A stretch of DNA of 64,000 nt from Octopus sinensis (GCF_006345805.1 NC_043008.1:75516001-75580000), one strand, 5' to 3'. Shown: positions 37,683 to 51,700, counted from the stretch's first letter. Notes: generated by a model from the sequence alone, not told the origin. Translations and numbers: made by a program.

Positions 37683-37724
<42 letters not shown>

Positions 37725-37725
37725 T

Positions 37726-37775
<50 letters not shown>

Positions 37776-37938
37776 AAAAATATGGTAAAGTAAAAGAATT
37801 CACTTTACCACACACCGAACTTTTCAGAAATAGCAGCCAAAAATTTGGCTATTTCTTCAACTGCAAATAAAAGTCTCCAGACAATGCATACTCAGAAAAA
37901 TAACTCACATAGGTATAAGGTATATATATATATATAAG

Positions 37939-37973
<35 letters not shown>

Positions 37974-37975
<2 letters not shown>

Positions 37976-38311
37976 CAATAATAAATCTCTGAACGATGTA
38001 TAGACAGTAACTGCACGATAATGCGAGGTATATTTGCCATCTCAATATGCCTAACCACAAAGGGTGGGTGTTACTGTAGCTTGTAGCCCCAGGAGAACAT
38101 CTCCTCCAGCTAGCTATAGGCACACTTTCTGTATCCTATCGGTATTTGCAAAGGGAGGTCATCCTTCCCTCGTCAACCTAAGTGATACGTACGGACTGCA
38201 GTTTCTGGGTATTGACCCGTCATCAGCGCACGACAATCACCGGTTTTCAATCAAAGGAGTCCCAATGCAAATATTTACTGTATATACCTCGTTCAGAGAT
38301 TTATTATTGCT
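37974..38311. mobile_element. 338-bp non-autonomous element with 37-bp terminal inverted repeats
   Basis: 37974-38010 versus the reverse complement of 38275-38311: AGCAATAATAAATCTCTGAACGA(T/G)GTATA(G/T)ACAGTAA, 2 mismatches; left flank is (TA)n; no ORF. Confidence 0.85.
38188..38232 (-). ncRNA. Type I hammerhead ribozyme fold
   Basis: Minus strand CGUGCG CUGAUGA CGGG-UCAAUA-CCCA GAAA CUGCAG UC CGUACG: intact core, GUC triplet, 6-bp stem I (one GU), 3-bp stem II plus a C.A pair, palindromic ACUGCAGU stem III. Confidence 0.8.
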
Positions 38312-38711
38312 TGTATACACTTTTTCAAGATCAGTGATGAAAAGTTACTGGAAAAAGGATATAAATATTTGAGAGAGAGAGAGAGAGAGAAAGAAAGGGG
38401 AGAGTAAAACATTTTGTTTTAAAGCTCTCTCCACTCGCTGGAGATATGTATATCGTTGCTATTATGTTAAACACTTGTATGTCCACATTTAGATAAAATA
38501 TGCTTTTTTCAATAATTATTTTTGCTAGCAATAATACCCGGTTCTTTTAGACGTCGGACTATCATATCTCCAGCTGCTTCAGATGCCAAGGTATAAAAAA
38601 CTATCAAAGTGTAGTTCAATAGTTTTGCTATGAATAGTGGAACTATTTTTTCGTTTACTGAAGAAGTAACGTTTTGCGACGATATACATACATATATACA
38701 TACATACATAT

Positions 38712-38747
<36 letters not shown>

Positions 38748-38750
38748 CAT

Positions 38751-38804
<54 letters not shown>

Positions 38805-39525
38805 CAAGATACTTTTGAATAATCAACTCATAGAATTAATATCTGTACACTATCCATTTGAAATAGCAATATATGAATTCTTATCGGACTTTCCACATCG
38901 TGGACAAGAAGCCTCTTTATCCATTCTACACCACACATTGCTTAGATAGCGGAACAGCAGCTTTAACATCCAACATATATTTTTATTTTCATATTTTCCA
39001 TTAATACTTTCTGAATTGCATCTAATTTCTTATCTGTCTCTCGTTCTCTCTCTCTCTCTCTCTCCCCAAAATAAAATTTTCTAAAAAAATGAACTCTACT
39101 AATTCCTTCTATTGAAGCTCTTTAAACTTGTCTCCGATGATGAGATATCATTTGTTTCCTTGAAACAGCCGTAAGACCACCTTTCTATTCATAAATGTCC
39201 TAGGAATATCACATTGTCTTGACCTTGCTATCTTATTTTATTTAACACACACTCATATACACATACATATATGATATTTTATATCAGCGTAGGTAGGATT
39301 CGTAGCATTCTTTCGATGTAATAAAATAGCGAAAGCTTAGTAACATAATAACGAATGTTATTGTGCGCACAAACACACATGCACACACACACGCACGCAC
39401 GCACACACACTCACACAGACACAAACACACATACACACATATACACACACATACCTACATACATACATACATACATACATACATACATGCATACATACTT
39501 ACATGCATGCATACTTACATATATA

Positions 39526-40379
39526 TACAGGGTACGGTGAATATATTGTTGTCCAAATTACGCAAAAATGAAAATAACACTGACATCTCATTTTAACAGA
39601 TATATTTACCAGAATTATATAAAAAGATCTTGAAATACTAAAATGTAAATGTATGCAATAAAATCATCATTGCCTTCATACAGATGACTTTGGAGTCTCC
39701 AGGAAAAGGTATGGATGGTTTCATTGTTTAAGTTGGTGAATGCTGCCATTACAAGGAGGTTTTTTTTTGTCTCTTGCTCAACTGCGCTCCACGCATAATA
39801 ATCACGGTGGTTGCAGTCTGGGGAGTTAGGTGGCCAGATGTTAAGGGTTATGTGGTCGCAGAAGTTGTCTGACAGCCATGACTGGGTTCTCTTGCTTGTG
39901 TGGCATGGTGAAGAGTCCTGTTGCCAGATATGTGATCTTCAAGCAACCACTCCCTTCATCCATGGCAGCACTACTTCCTCCAGACATTTGATGTAGGCTT
40001 CCGTGTTGAGTCTGAAGTCGTGCGAGAAAATGTATAGAGGCATAATGTCGCCATTACTAGTGATGTGGACATAATGTTGTTCGGAGTTTTATTTGATTTT
40101 TATCAATCTCGGTACATGTTCTCAAATTGCACTGTCCTTAGATTGACACCTAGTCACTCCGAAATGTTCATTTTGGAGCTTCCAGAGCGAACGCCAAACG
40201 GTACAGCATGTCGTTTCCAAATTTCTGGCAGAGTGAATTGCATCATCGTGCTGTTTATCTCACAGACGGATCCCAACTGATCCTACTATTCTGTGTAGTC
40301 AACAAAATCAAAAACAAAGAATTCGCATGCATGAAGTTAAAAGTATAAAATGGCAACAATTTACCCATCACATCCTATG
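39526..40379 (-). mobile_element. Tc1/mariner DD37D (maT-type) transposon, internally deleted
   Basis: ITSNGDIMPLYIF...EAYIKCLEEVVLPW...WQQDSSPCHTSKRTQSWLSDNFCDHITLNIWPPNSPDCNHRD, with 37 residues between the second and third D; TA|CAGGGT end. Confidence 0.85.
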
Positions 40380-40520
<141 letters not shown>

Positions 40521-42489
40521 GTACACAAGCACATATATTCATTGGGACTGTGCGCATAAATTATACGGCTGCATACAAGATGCATTATATATGTAATGAT
40601 AAGGATATCTGAAATTCAGAGAGATTGTTCATCAATTGTGTTGTGGAGAAATGAGATATGCAAATAGTATTGAATATTGAATTTTTAAAGTCATTGCGTA
40701 TTCTTCATCTCAAAGTGTGGCCAAAAGTTTGATCGCAAAGAATTGAATTCGTCGAAAATGACATCTCATATGAATATCTTAGTATCATTAATCATCAGCA
40801 AATTACTTGGAAAAGATCAAAGAAACATCTTCATTTGTTATTCAACACATTATATTAACTAACTAAATACATATATTTTAAAATAGTGGTCGCTGTTTTA
40901 TGATTCTGTTTATATGAACATTATATTTGCACAGAGACTTCAATTTTCTTACCATGGAGTGACTAATATTTGCATAAGATAATAAAATCCAATATTTCAA
41001 TTTGACAACAATAAATCAAACACCAAATTTTATAAGAATCTACAATTTTATTTTGCCTCAAATCGTAGCAACGTTCCTAGTGAGTGTGATGCTCTCAGTT
41101 CAAGATATATTTTTATCAGCGTTAAGAAGATTTGTAGATGAATATCTGGTTTACATTTTTCATTTACTGTGTTTTGTTCCAGTTCATCGTAAGCGCCTAA
41201 TAGCTGAGAGAATAAAGTTACAAATACATCCAGTAATTTGTTAGCAATTCTGTGTTATAACTTAATAGCTTATAATATATGTGTTGCTAATCTGTATATA
41301 GTAACAACCGATATAAATGTTGGTTGGATAGTTAGTAGATTTCATCAGTGACGCTAAATAGAATGAGAGAGCGGAAGGGAGAGACTGTAAAACAAGGACG
41401 CATAGAATGTTAACATAAGAGTGGCTGGATAAGATCACATACGAAATTTGGTAGTAGGCAATGATGACTTTCGGAAAAACACATTTTAAATAGAAAATTT
41501 TGCAGAAATAAGTTTTCGATGAGTAGATTGCAACACTGTTGATGGAATTTAGAATACATAACGTATATTGCAAATATATAAATGAAAAATTTGCTTAATT
41601 TAATTTTTAGCTACTAATAATTTTCTTTCGGAAAATTAGTGTACATGTCACCACCAAAAAAGTTGATAAAAGTTAAATTACAATTATTATAGGTACCCCT
41701 ATCATATGATAGGTAACGTTCTGGTTGTAAGTAGTAAACTTAGATATAATGTTGCATCTCTTCGTGTTTAGATGACAAATTCAATGTAATTCAGTGTACT
41801 TCAGGGAGGCCGCAATTGGACTTCATCAGTGTATATCGACTTCTCAAATACTACAAATGAATTGAAATAGGGTTCATCTATACTGTATTCAAATAAATAA
41901 GAATGATACTGGATTCCTTCTCATACGGTGCGACTTCAAATGAGATTTGTATTATTAATGAAATATGGCAAGAAAGGTAAAAGGCTACAAAAATTATTTC
42001 ATATAATATGAGTGTAAATCATTCAGGTCGGTACTTTAATGCAAATTTAAATGATCGGGAAGAAATAGTTTAAGATATTTAACCAGAAACTTTGAAGATT
42101 GTCTGATTTTTGAAGAATTGCACTCTTGAGGGAACCAATATAATTTAAGAATAATTATTAATAAAATGTTCGTGCATAAGTTGATCATTAAGTTAAAATT
42201 GAAGGCATCAACAACACAATCATTAACAACAAAAACAACAACAACAACAACCACAAACACAATAATAATAAAACCTGTGAGTACAAATAATAATTGTATA
42301 TGCTGTCTAATTTCTACACAAATACACGTAAATTTAATGTTTATATAGTTCACACAGGCTCACGTACAAGACAACATTGAACATACAGTGCTTAAACAAA
42401 TTAAAAGGGATCAACAATAATAACAATAAATATAAGATGCAACACGCGTCTCATTTATGGCACAAATTTTAAGGCATACTCGAGGCACA

Positions 42490-43029
42490 CAGAAGCTATG
42501 CCTACACTATGAAATAAGAGAAAAAAGATAGTATGCGCCCACGCCAGAAAAGGTCACAGAAAACGAGGAAGCAACTATAGCACAGGGTATGCCAATGCAC
42601 ACAGATAGAGAAATTAAGGATAATAGGCCGGGCATAGTTGTCAGAGAATATCAAGAAAAAAGCTTTCTAATGGATTTACAATAAAAACAGATGACAACGT
42701 TTCGCTAAAAGAAATGGTGAAAGTCTGAAAGTACATAGAGACAATAGAGGCAACTCGAATGTGGCGTCTAAAAGCAGAAACAATTCCTATCATAGTAAGC
42801 GCATTAGGTACAATAAAAAAATCTTCAGACAAATACATAACAAAGACGCAAGGACTAAGAAGTATGTATAACATACAGAAAATAGCACTACTAGGCACTG
42901 CACACTTCCTACGTAAAACACTTCTAATACAGTAAAATTAAGAGCATCACAAGAAACCACAGCACATACCCAAGGTACACAGAGCTGCGCTCAGTAGGGC
43001 AGTGAAAGCACGTGATGAAAATAAGACTA

Positions 43030-43032
<3 letters not shown>
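42490..43032 (+). mobile_element. R4/Dong-like LINE subfamily A, decayed 3' fragment
   Basis: IPIIVSALGTIKK and IQKIALLGTAHFL; same 3' UTR as 8460-8558, then (AAT)n. Confidence 0.9.
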
Positions 43033-43100
<68 letters not shown>

Positions 43101-43122
43101 TAATAATAACAATAATAATAAC

Positions 43123-43169
<47 letters not shown>

Positions 43170-43194
43170 TGATGATGATGATGATGATGATGAT

Positions 43195-43960
43195 GTAAGT
43201 ATTTATATCCATTTTACAATATGCCAACATTACAGCATTAAAACTAACAATTGACGATATAAACATGTGGCAAACAAGGTACAAAACAACGATTAGGTCA
43301 CAATCCTCTAGGATATGCCAGTTCAAACCTACAAAGAATTAAAACATAATCACTCAGACATAATAATCAAGGATTGGAAAATAAACACCTGCTTACTGAT
43401 AGACATTGCAGTCCGTTCTGATCAAAATATTGTCCAAAAAGTAGTGCAGAAATTGTCAAAGTGCAAAGACTTCGAAATTGAAGTTTTCAAGCTGTAGGTC
43501 ATGGAAGTGAAAATAATACAAATGATAATTTGCGCATTGAATATGATAAAAAATATATTTAAAAAAACATAGGAGCTACACCTGGATCCTCAACAGTACA
43601 CATTATCCAAAATATAACTCTGCTAGGAATAATCCACATCATATGCAAGACATTACCAATTCAATAATACGACCTAAACAAAATATCTCACAAACACAAA
43701 ACATACTCTATACACCATTTATCCAGTGAAATAAACTTCCACCAGTAAGCTAGAAAACAAACGGATTATACACTCAACATACAATACAAGCAGTAATATA
43801 ACAAAAGACTGCACAACACATCAAGAGAAGAAAAACTAACGCAATACAATACCGGGAAGAATTTGTGCACTCCCAACAACAGAAAATAATGCACAAGGCT
43901 TCAAGCACCCCAGTAACTCGGACGTGTAGCAGGTGATGCAGTACCAAAAGTTTAACAATT
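43195..43960 (+). mobile_element. R4/Dong-like LINE, divergent decayed 3' fragment
   Basis: ORF 43315-43497 HNHSDIIIKDWKINTCLLIDIAV...KLSKCKDFEIEV (RLE region); followed by (ACT)n(AAT)n. Confidence 0.7.
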
Positions 43961-43963
43961 ATA

Positions 43964-44076
<113 letters not shown>

Positions 44077-44147
44077 TAATAATAATAATAATGATAATAA
44101 TAATAATAATAATTATTATTATTATTATTTCTATTACTTGCCTAACA

Positions 44148-44260
44148 CCTGATATTTTGGGGCAGAAGCTAGTTATTTTCATCAACACCAGTCCTCAGTT
44201 GGTACATATTACATCGACCACGAAAGGATGAAAGGTGCACTCATCCTCGGCACCTTGTGT
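44148..44260 (-). mobile_element. SINE family 1 fragment
   Basis: CATCGACCACGAAAGGATGAAAGG matches the SINE body. Confidence 0.6.
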
Positions 44261-44269
44261 TTAGTGTTC

Positions 44270-45555
44270 GATACACTTACAGCGACATCTTTAGTATCAA
44301 ACATGTATCGTTTGCTTCCTAGTTGTCTTGAGATGTCCCTCGAAACTTCCAACTTATGCAATAATGGCTCTAAGGACATTATGCACAGAAGGTGTGTGAG
44401 AGGGCCAATTGCATGATACTGAATGAATACAATATTTAGCAACTTATTCAGAACACAGCAAATAACGCTGTACACTGCAGCAAAGATGTATCCGGAACCA
44501 GCCGCCTTCATGACAGCCGCTATGTTATGATGCTCAAATCCCATCGAATACTTTCAACCGAGCTAAATGACTTAATTCGGTCAGGGCCTTACAGTTACCA
44601 TGTTCTTTTCTGCCTTTCTATGATGCATAATGCTGTGTGGAATTTGCCGTGGTTATGTCTACGCGTATGGTTTATGCCTGTACGTCACCCAGCAGAGTAT
44701 CAACAACCTCAACTCTGAACATAGAATAATTCGAGTCTGAAGTTGCTATAATCATCTCCATTGGTTGCAACCTTTCTGAGCAGAACCACCGCTCATATTT
44801 TCGCAGGACATGGATGTCTCTGTTTCAGTTTCCAGTTGCAATGTATATCTACCAAGAGATTTCCGAAAATAAAAAAGATGCGGACTTATGAAGATAAAGC
44901 TGCTAGGACAGAATATACAGCACTGGAGATGGCTAAATTTTCCATAGTGGAAACAAATATTGCTTCTCGTATTTTGTCAGCTATTCTCGCATTTTGTCAG
45001 TTGCTTTGTTAACAGAACTCTACATTCCCTGTCAAGAGCCAAGACAGGCCCACGAGATAGGCGATAAATTTCACCCTCGTCTCCTGTTCATTGACTGACC
45101 CAAACAGCTGAGCAAGATTCTACTGGAAAGCTTGCTCTGACAATGCAAACTTTGTGCTTAGCGTTGAATACTTGCTCAAGGACCAAACCCGCCGAAAGCA
45201 CATCAGTCACAATCGTTTTTAGGCATTTTTATGTCACTAGCGCTCCTTCTACTCTCGAATTATCTGTCCTTATTTCCATTCTAAACATCGTTCTTTCTAA
45301 TCTAATACCTCTTGTCACCCTGAACAGACAAATGTTTAATGACGATGAACAAATCACCCATGACTCCAGTAGTAAATTATTCAAACTTCAAAGGTGAAAC
45401 AACTGATAAGTAAAGGTCAACCAACTGATAAGCAAATCTGTGTTATTGAGCAGAATTTCTGCTGTTACCCATCTTTTATATCACGACAAAATATTTACAT
45501 GATAATACTTCCTGTCAGTTAAGATTAGAAACCACGAGAGCCAGTACCTGGTATT
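44270..45555 (-). mobile_element. L1/Tx1-type LINE fragment, decayed
   Basis: ORF 44209-44544 GPLTHLLCIMSLEPLLHKL aligns to PLSLLLYVLTLEPLLRKL at 24450-24764; PRYW remnant near 45545. Extent approximate. Confidence 0.65.
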
Positions 45556-45559
45556 GCCT

Positions 45560-45645
45560 CACTGCATATATTGTTGTTGTTGCTGTTGTCATCATCATCG
45601 TCATCGTCATCAACATCATCATCATATCATCATCATGATCATCAC

Positions 45646-45677
<32 letters not shown>

Positions 45678-45712
45678 CCACCACCACCACCACCACCACC
45701 ACCACCACCACC

Positions 45713-45746
<34 letters not shown>

Positions 45747-45760
45747 TCATCATTAATTTA
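45560..45760. repeat. Compound (GTT)/(CAT)/(CAC) microsatellite
   Basis: Direct reading. Confidence 0.95.
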
Positions 45761-45767
45761 ATATTAT

Positions 45768-46630
45768 TTTATGTATGGCTTTTGCTTTGCATTTGTACAA
45801 GCTGGCTCCAAGTCTCACCAAGAGACCTCAAGAGACAACAAGTTGGACGTTCATGTTGGTGTTATGCCAATGGTGCCATATATTTGGTTTTGTACATAGT
45901 GTTGTTTTAGAGAATGTTTAAGAAACTATACGAAAGTTGTTTGTTTTAAAATTTGAGATTACATAGACAACATTTTACGTAGGATATGAGCAGTTCCCAT
46001 AAGCACATCTTTTGAATTTCTGCCATTTTGTGGTTTCCTGGTACCTGAGCTAGGTACCAATCAACCACTTTGCTATCACTCCTAGGGCACCTAACACAAC
46101 AGGTATTGTTTTAGTCATCAGGTTCTACATTTTGCTAATTGCTCTTTCAAGATCTTTATACATGCTCAGTGTTTGGTAGGTCTTGACATATACGCTTATA
46201 TCCATTGGGAGTCATATCAGGCCTATTCGCATCTACCTTTCTATCAGTTTGAATGGTGAAGTTCCAGAGGAGTGAGATGTGATCATTTTCAAGCACTGGG
46301 GGTGTTTGCTTTGTATTCCCACCAGTTTTTATCATGGAGCAAATTATTCAGTGAATATAATGTGCAGCTTTATCATGCCTGTTGAGATACTCTGCAGGCG
46401 CAAGAAAACTGCTGCACATGGAGACTACATGATGAATGGTCTCATTTTTTTTTTGCTATCATACACGACATGTTGGAGTGGGGCCTGATAGTTCCTTGTA
46501 GGTAGGGATTGATCTTGGGCTACTCTGATAAACCCTTCTGTTTCCGATTTGAAACCAGAAGCCACTAGCCATTGATGGGTAAGGGCTTTGTCGACATCGG
46601 CATTATTTGCTCTCTTTAGGCATTTGCCAA
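45768..46630 (-). mobile_element. R4/Dong-like LINE subfamily B, 5'-truncated
   Basis: GKCLKRANNADVDKALTHQWL...AQDQSLPTRNYQA and ETIHHVVSMC...EYLNRHDK; 3' UTR shared with 20956-21316. Confidence 0.9.
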
Positions 46631-46699
46631 TTATTATTGTTATCATCATCATCATCATCATCATCATCTTCATAATTATTATTATTATTATTTTTTTTT

Positions 46700-49600
46700 C
46701 TTCTTTCAAATTTGCTTCCATTTCTTGCCGAGTGTCTTCCCGACTCCTAGGGCAAAGAAACTCATAGTATACATTGGTAGGCCATTAAACTAGTTCGTTC
46801 ATTTTTTTTAAGTTAAATTAAAATACATGGGTAGTAATAGTTCTCACATCGACAATGCTCTTCTCAATACGTGTGATGTACCAGTTAAGACAATCTTATG
46901 CACTTCTTGCAGGGATGGTAAGCCAGAGATCATTCTCATATAATTTTCGGTTCCCTTCTTGATCATTCCTAGTGCTCCTACGATCACTGGTATTGTAACC
47001 GCCTTGAGATGCCACATTTTCTCAATTTCAATAAGTAGGTCTTTATATTTTCTGAGCTTGTCAAACTCTTTCGCTGAGATATTATGATCACAGGGGATGC
47101 TCATGTCGATCAATAAGCAAACTTTATTGTTTTGGTCTTTCACAACAATATCTGGTATATTGGCCTTGATGGTTCGGTCTGTATGTACTGGAAAGTCCCA
47201 CAGAATGGTTACATTTTCTCCTTCAGTTACAGCCTCAGGGTGGTGATTATACCACTTGTCGGCAGTTTTGATATTGTAATGCCGACTTATTAGCCAGTGT
47301 AGATATTGGCCAACTCTGTCATGTCTTAATTTATACTCCACTTGCGCTAAGACTTTACATCCAGAGATTAGGTGGTCCACTGTTTCAATCATGTCGTTGC
47401 AGAATCGGCATTTTGGGTCTGCTCCATTTTTTATCACATTTTCCTGGTAGTTCAGGGTTAATAGCCTTTGATCTTGAGCAGCCAGGATGAAACCTTCGTT
47501 CTCTGCTTTTAGCCCTGAGCTCCGTAACCACTGATGGGTTTGCTTCTGGTCAACATCAGCTTGTTTGCTGCGGGCCACATATTTGCCGTGCAGAGGTTTC
47601 TCTTCCCACCTATCAGCCAATTGCTCGTGCGCATTTTTCGTTGCCATTATTTTCACCTTCTTTGCAACAATAGTTGGCGTACTTCCCTCGGGTTGTTCAG
47701 TTTGGGTATCCTGCACGAGATCAATAGCAAAATTTGCTTTCCTTTATGATAGAATGAAGCTTCTTTCGTCTCTCGTGATTTTCCACGAGCTTTAGCATCC
47801 AGTCATTCGTTATTTCAAGATATTTGGCCAGTCCAATTGTGGTTGTTTTGTAAGCTAGTTCAAATTGGATCAGGCCTCGACCTCCTTGGGCTCTGGGAAG
47901 GTAAAGGCGATCTACGTCTGCCTTTGGGTGGTGCATCCTATCGTAACTCAGCAGCTTGTGTATTTTCCTATCTATATTCTTTACTTCACTCATATTCCAG
48001 TTCAACACATTGTAGCTATAAGTAACAAGTGGATCTGCTAAGGAATTTATAGCTAACACCTTGTTACGTGCATTTAGTTCAGATTTCAGGACTGCACGAA
48101 CTCTCCTATAACATTCCTTCCTGATGTTCTCTTTCATGCTTGCATGCTGAATACCAGAGTCTTCATTTATCCCTAAATATTTGTATGTTTGTTATTGCTC
48201 GAGCTCTCTTATGACTGTGTCAACATCTAACACGACTGAATTTGTGGTCTTCACTTTCCCTTTCTGGAAAGTGGCCTTGGCACACTTCTCAAGTCCAAAC
48301 TCCATCCCGATGTCATCGCTGAATGCTTTCACAGTGCGCAATAGGACTTCAAGTTCATTATTGTCTGTACCATAGAGTTTTAAGTCATCCATATAAAATA
48401 GATGGCTTATTTTTTTATTGGCAATTTTATACCCATACCCTGTTCTGTTTAATTCACTTGTAAGGGGTATTAGGGCTATGCAGAATATTAAAGGTGAAAG
48501 TGAGTCACCTTGAAAAATTCCACAGTTGATGTTTATATTTTCTGAGGCAAGTACTCCATTAGAGTGATATAATTGGAGATTCGTATTCCACAACGACATA
48601 TTGTGCTTCAGGAAGTTTGAAATCACAGGGGAAACTTTGAAGATGTCCAGCGATCTCAAGATCCATGGATGCGATATACTGTCGAAGGCCTTTTTATAGT
48701 CAAACCATGCGAAGCTGAGATTTCTGCGCTTGTTGTGACAGTTATTTGCATCCGTATAAGCCTCGGCGGCACCCTTTTGTTCAATGGGGAAAATATCGTT
48801 CTTCTCCACGAATGCATATGTTTTCTCCGCCAGGATAGATATTAGGATTTTATACGTGGTGGATAGACAGGTTATAGGCCGATAGTTTTTTGGAAGGTTG
48901 GTTTCGTTATTATTTGGGAGTAGGTAAGTAATACCACTTGCTAACCATTCAGGTGTTTTCTTTAGGTCTCTCATAATTCCATTGAGCAGCTGAACTAGCT
49001 TACCGTGTGCGCATGGGAGCGATGCGAGCCAGAAATTCGGCACCCTATCTTAACCGGGGGATTTCCAATTATGGGCCTTCGTGAGTGCCTTTCTTAGGTC
49101 TGCTATTGTGATGTCTTCCCATGCTTGTTGTAAATTTTGGTAGGATCCTTCAGTTTGTATAATCCAGTCTGCATTTATGTTGTACGTCTTCTTGTCACTC
49201 CAAATCCTTTTCCAAAAGTTTGAACTTCTTCCATGGGAGAGTCTTTAATGGTTACTTTCTCCTTCCCTATTTCTCTGTAGAATTTTTTGGCATTGGATGT
49301 GAACAGCTTATTTTGCTTGTAAAACTTGTTTCTCTTCTCAAATCTTCGTATTCTTTGGGCTTTTACTTGGACTTTTTGTTTCAGCGTTTCTTTTATTGAT
49401 ATCAGTTCTTCTCTTGGTGAGGATCCAAATTTTCTCTTCATCTTTCTTCCTGTTCTGGATCTTACATCATTCCCACATATTAGTTCATTTAATATTGATA
49501 TTTCCCCTCTCATAAATTGAATCTCTTTTTCAATTTTACTTCTCCAGGTTTGATTTCTTCCCAGGTTTGGTTTTCTTGGTTTTTTCGGGGGCATACAGCT

Positions 49601-50591
49601 GGTTTCAATTGCCCTAGCAGAAGCGTAAATAATTTCATTTAACTCAGTAAAATCAGGTTTTAATTCTTGTATTATTTCATTTGTTACATAGTTGCCAATT
49701 TGGATTTGTTTTTTTATTTGAGAGTTTATAAAGTGGTTCTCTATCATTCATACTGTTGCTCTTATTTTTATGATTCTCGTATTCAGGATTTTCTGCCTCA
49801 TTTCTGCCATAGACTCTCTGTGTTCTTCAGCAAATGCGAGATCTTCAGTTACTGTTGTTTTATCATTTTCCTGGCTATCTTTAACAGGTACAATAGAATT
49901 TCTTGTATCTTCAGGCCTTTGTGTACTGTGGTCAGATGGCAGTCTTTCAATTAAGCCTCGTGGCGGGCTAACTGTTCATCTGATTCTTCATTTCCTTTGT
50001 GTTTTATATTTATGTCATTTTCCGTTGCGTGCTTGATCGCGCTTATTTCACTGTCTGTGAGTCTGTTATTTCTAAGGATATCCCTCCTCACATTTGCCAA
50101 TTTGTTCTCGTCCAAATAGGGCCTACTGTCTTGATTCCGTGTTCTCCATATACTGTAAGAGTTTGCGGTGTGTCTCTCTTGAGATGGCCTACCAAATGCA
50201 TAGTAATAAGCGTATATTACTTCTTTATACTCTTCTCGGGTCCATTTGTTCCGCTTACATTTTTCTTTCTGTGGTGGTTGTGGTGGTGAACTTGGAGGGC
50301 TCGAGTTGGGGGATTTCTCGTTCAAGTGACCATCCATGTCCGTATTCGGAGAAGAGTTTGTGCCAGTTGATGACTTTTCGATCCCAGGCTGGCTCTTCCC
50401 TGGGGGACGCGCTTCCAGATTAACCATAGGACAAGCGATTTGGTATACTGATTTAGTTTTCCTTTTAGTTTCCAAAAACATTTTGGTGCTACGATAATGT
50501 TATCATTTTTTAGCTTTGATTGGCTCGTGGGGAGACGGCCATCATTGCTGTTACAATTAAAATCGTACCATTATAGCAGCCGTTGTCGGCT
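46700..50591 (-). mobile_element. R4/Dong-like LINE subfamily C, apparently full-length (~3.9 kb), disrupted ORF
   Basis: Consecutive ORF pieces 49951-50481, 49175-49747, 48192-49043 (YRPITCL, DYKKAFD, QGDSLSP, YMDDLKLY), 47721-48137 and 46844-47716 (CRFCNDMIETVDHLISGC, PDIVVKD...LIDMSIP); AAT-type microsatellite on both sides. Confidence 0.95.
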
Positions 50592-51699
50592 TATTATTGT
50601 TATTATCATCACCATTATTATCACTATCATCATTATCACCACTATTACCATCATCATTATCATCATCACCATCACCATCATCATCATCATCATCAATGAT
50701 ATTGTTTTATGTGTAGTCACAGCAGTATCTTATTATTGTTCATTTTTGTTTTTTATCATTATCACCATCACAGTTGTGTCTGTCTGTCTCGTTGGCTGGC
50801 TTGGTGGTTGGCTGGCTGGCTGTCTTCAACGCCAGAGTTCTTGCCTGTCAAATAATACTTTCATATTTGGTTAACATCTAAAGAGCCGAGGTGAGGTTTG
50901 TATTGGCTGAACTCTGTGAGTGTGTGTGTGTGTGTGTGTAGATAAATAGATAGATTATCAGCACTATTACTATCATTATTATCATCAACACCATTATCAC
51001 CATCACCATCAGTGATTTTTTTTTAGGTAGGGTCCTATCGGTCAAAAAAAGTTCAAATGTTTACTACTATTAGCCTTAAGAAAAATTAAGGAAGGGCTGT
51101 TCTGTATTGTTTGTGAATAGAGAAGTTGTGTTCGACCAGAGAGAATCTTAGCATCATTATTTTTTTTTCCATGTGCGTTTGTGTTATTGCAATAAAAAGT
51201 GTTTGTATATTTCGTGTAAGGTAATATTGTGGAGGTTGAAGTTGACTTTTCTAGAGATGTTTGTATGTCCAGTTAGAAGAACAGGTGTGTTTTTGCAATA
51301 AAAAGTATATGTTTACATATATATTTGAATATTCAGGGAGAAAGCAAAGAAAAGTCAGATTTTCATAGAAAGTTTTAGGGTTTTGTAAGTCTACAAAAAG
51401 AAAAGCGTGATGTTTTTAGAGAGAAGAAAAAAAAGGGTGTTTACAGAGGCAGTTGTGGGTATTAAAGTTTTTAAAGCTGGTCGAATGTATGTTTGAAAGC
51501 TGTGGATATGTAAATTTGTAAATTACTTGACTTATTTTGAACAGAATTTTAAATACTCACAAGATATTGTAGATGTTCCAGTCTTTGAGAGTTATATTTC
51601 CCCGTTGCTAAACTGGGTTATATTAGTGTTTCTATCGGCTACTGAATAGTCAGAGCAGTGAGGAATACGTCCAGCCGCTGTCAAGGATGGCGCTCCTCT

Positions 51700-51700
51700 C

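Noticed and set aside
38650-38690. CTGAAGA motif near (TA)n
   Set aside because: No GAAA in any permutation and no stems.
45554-45910. ORFs rich in poly-His, poly-Ile, poly-Tyr, poly-Asn or YI/CV repeats (here and at 4733, 8482, 9513, 20782, 29865, 43012, 51658, 53740, 61943 and others)
   Set aside because: They are translations of tri- and dinucleotide microsatellites, with no protein-like content.
50500-50591. HDV-like ribozyme in the Dong-C 5' UTR (CGTCTCCCCACG resembles a P3/L3)
   Set aside because: I could not build a 7-bp P1, the P1.1 GG or P2.
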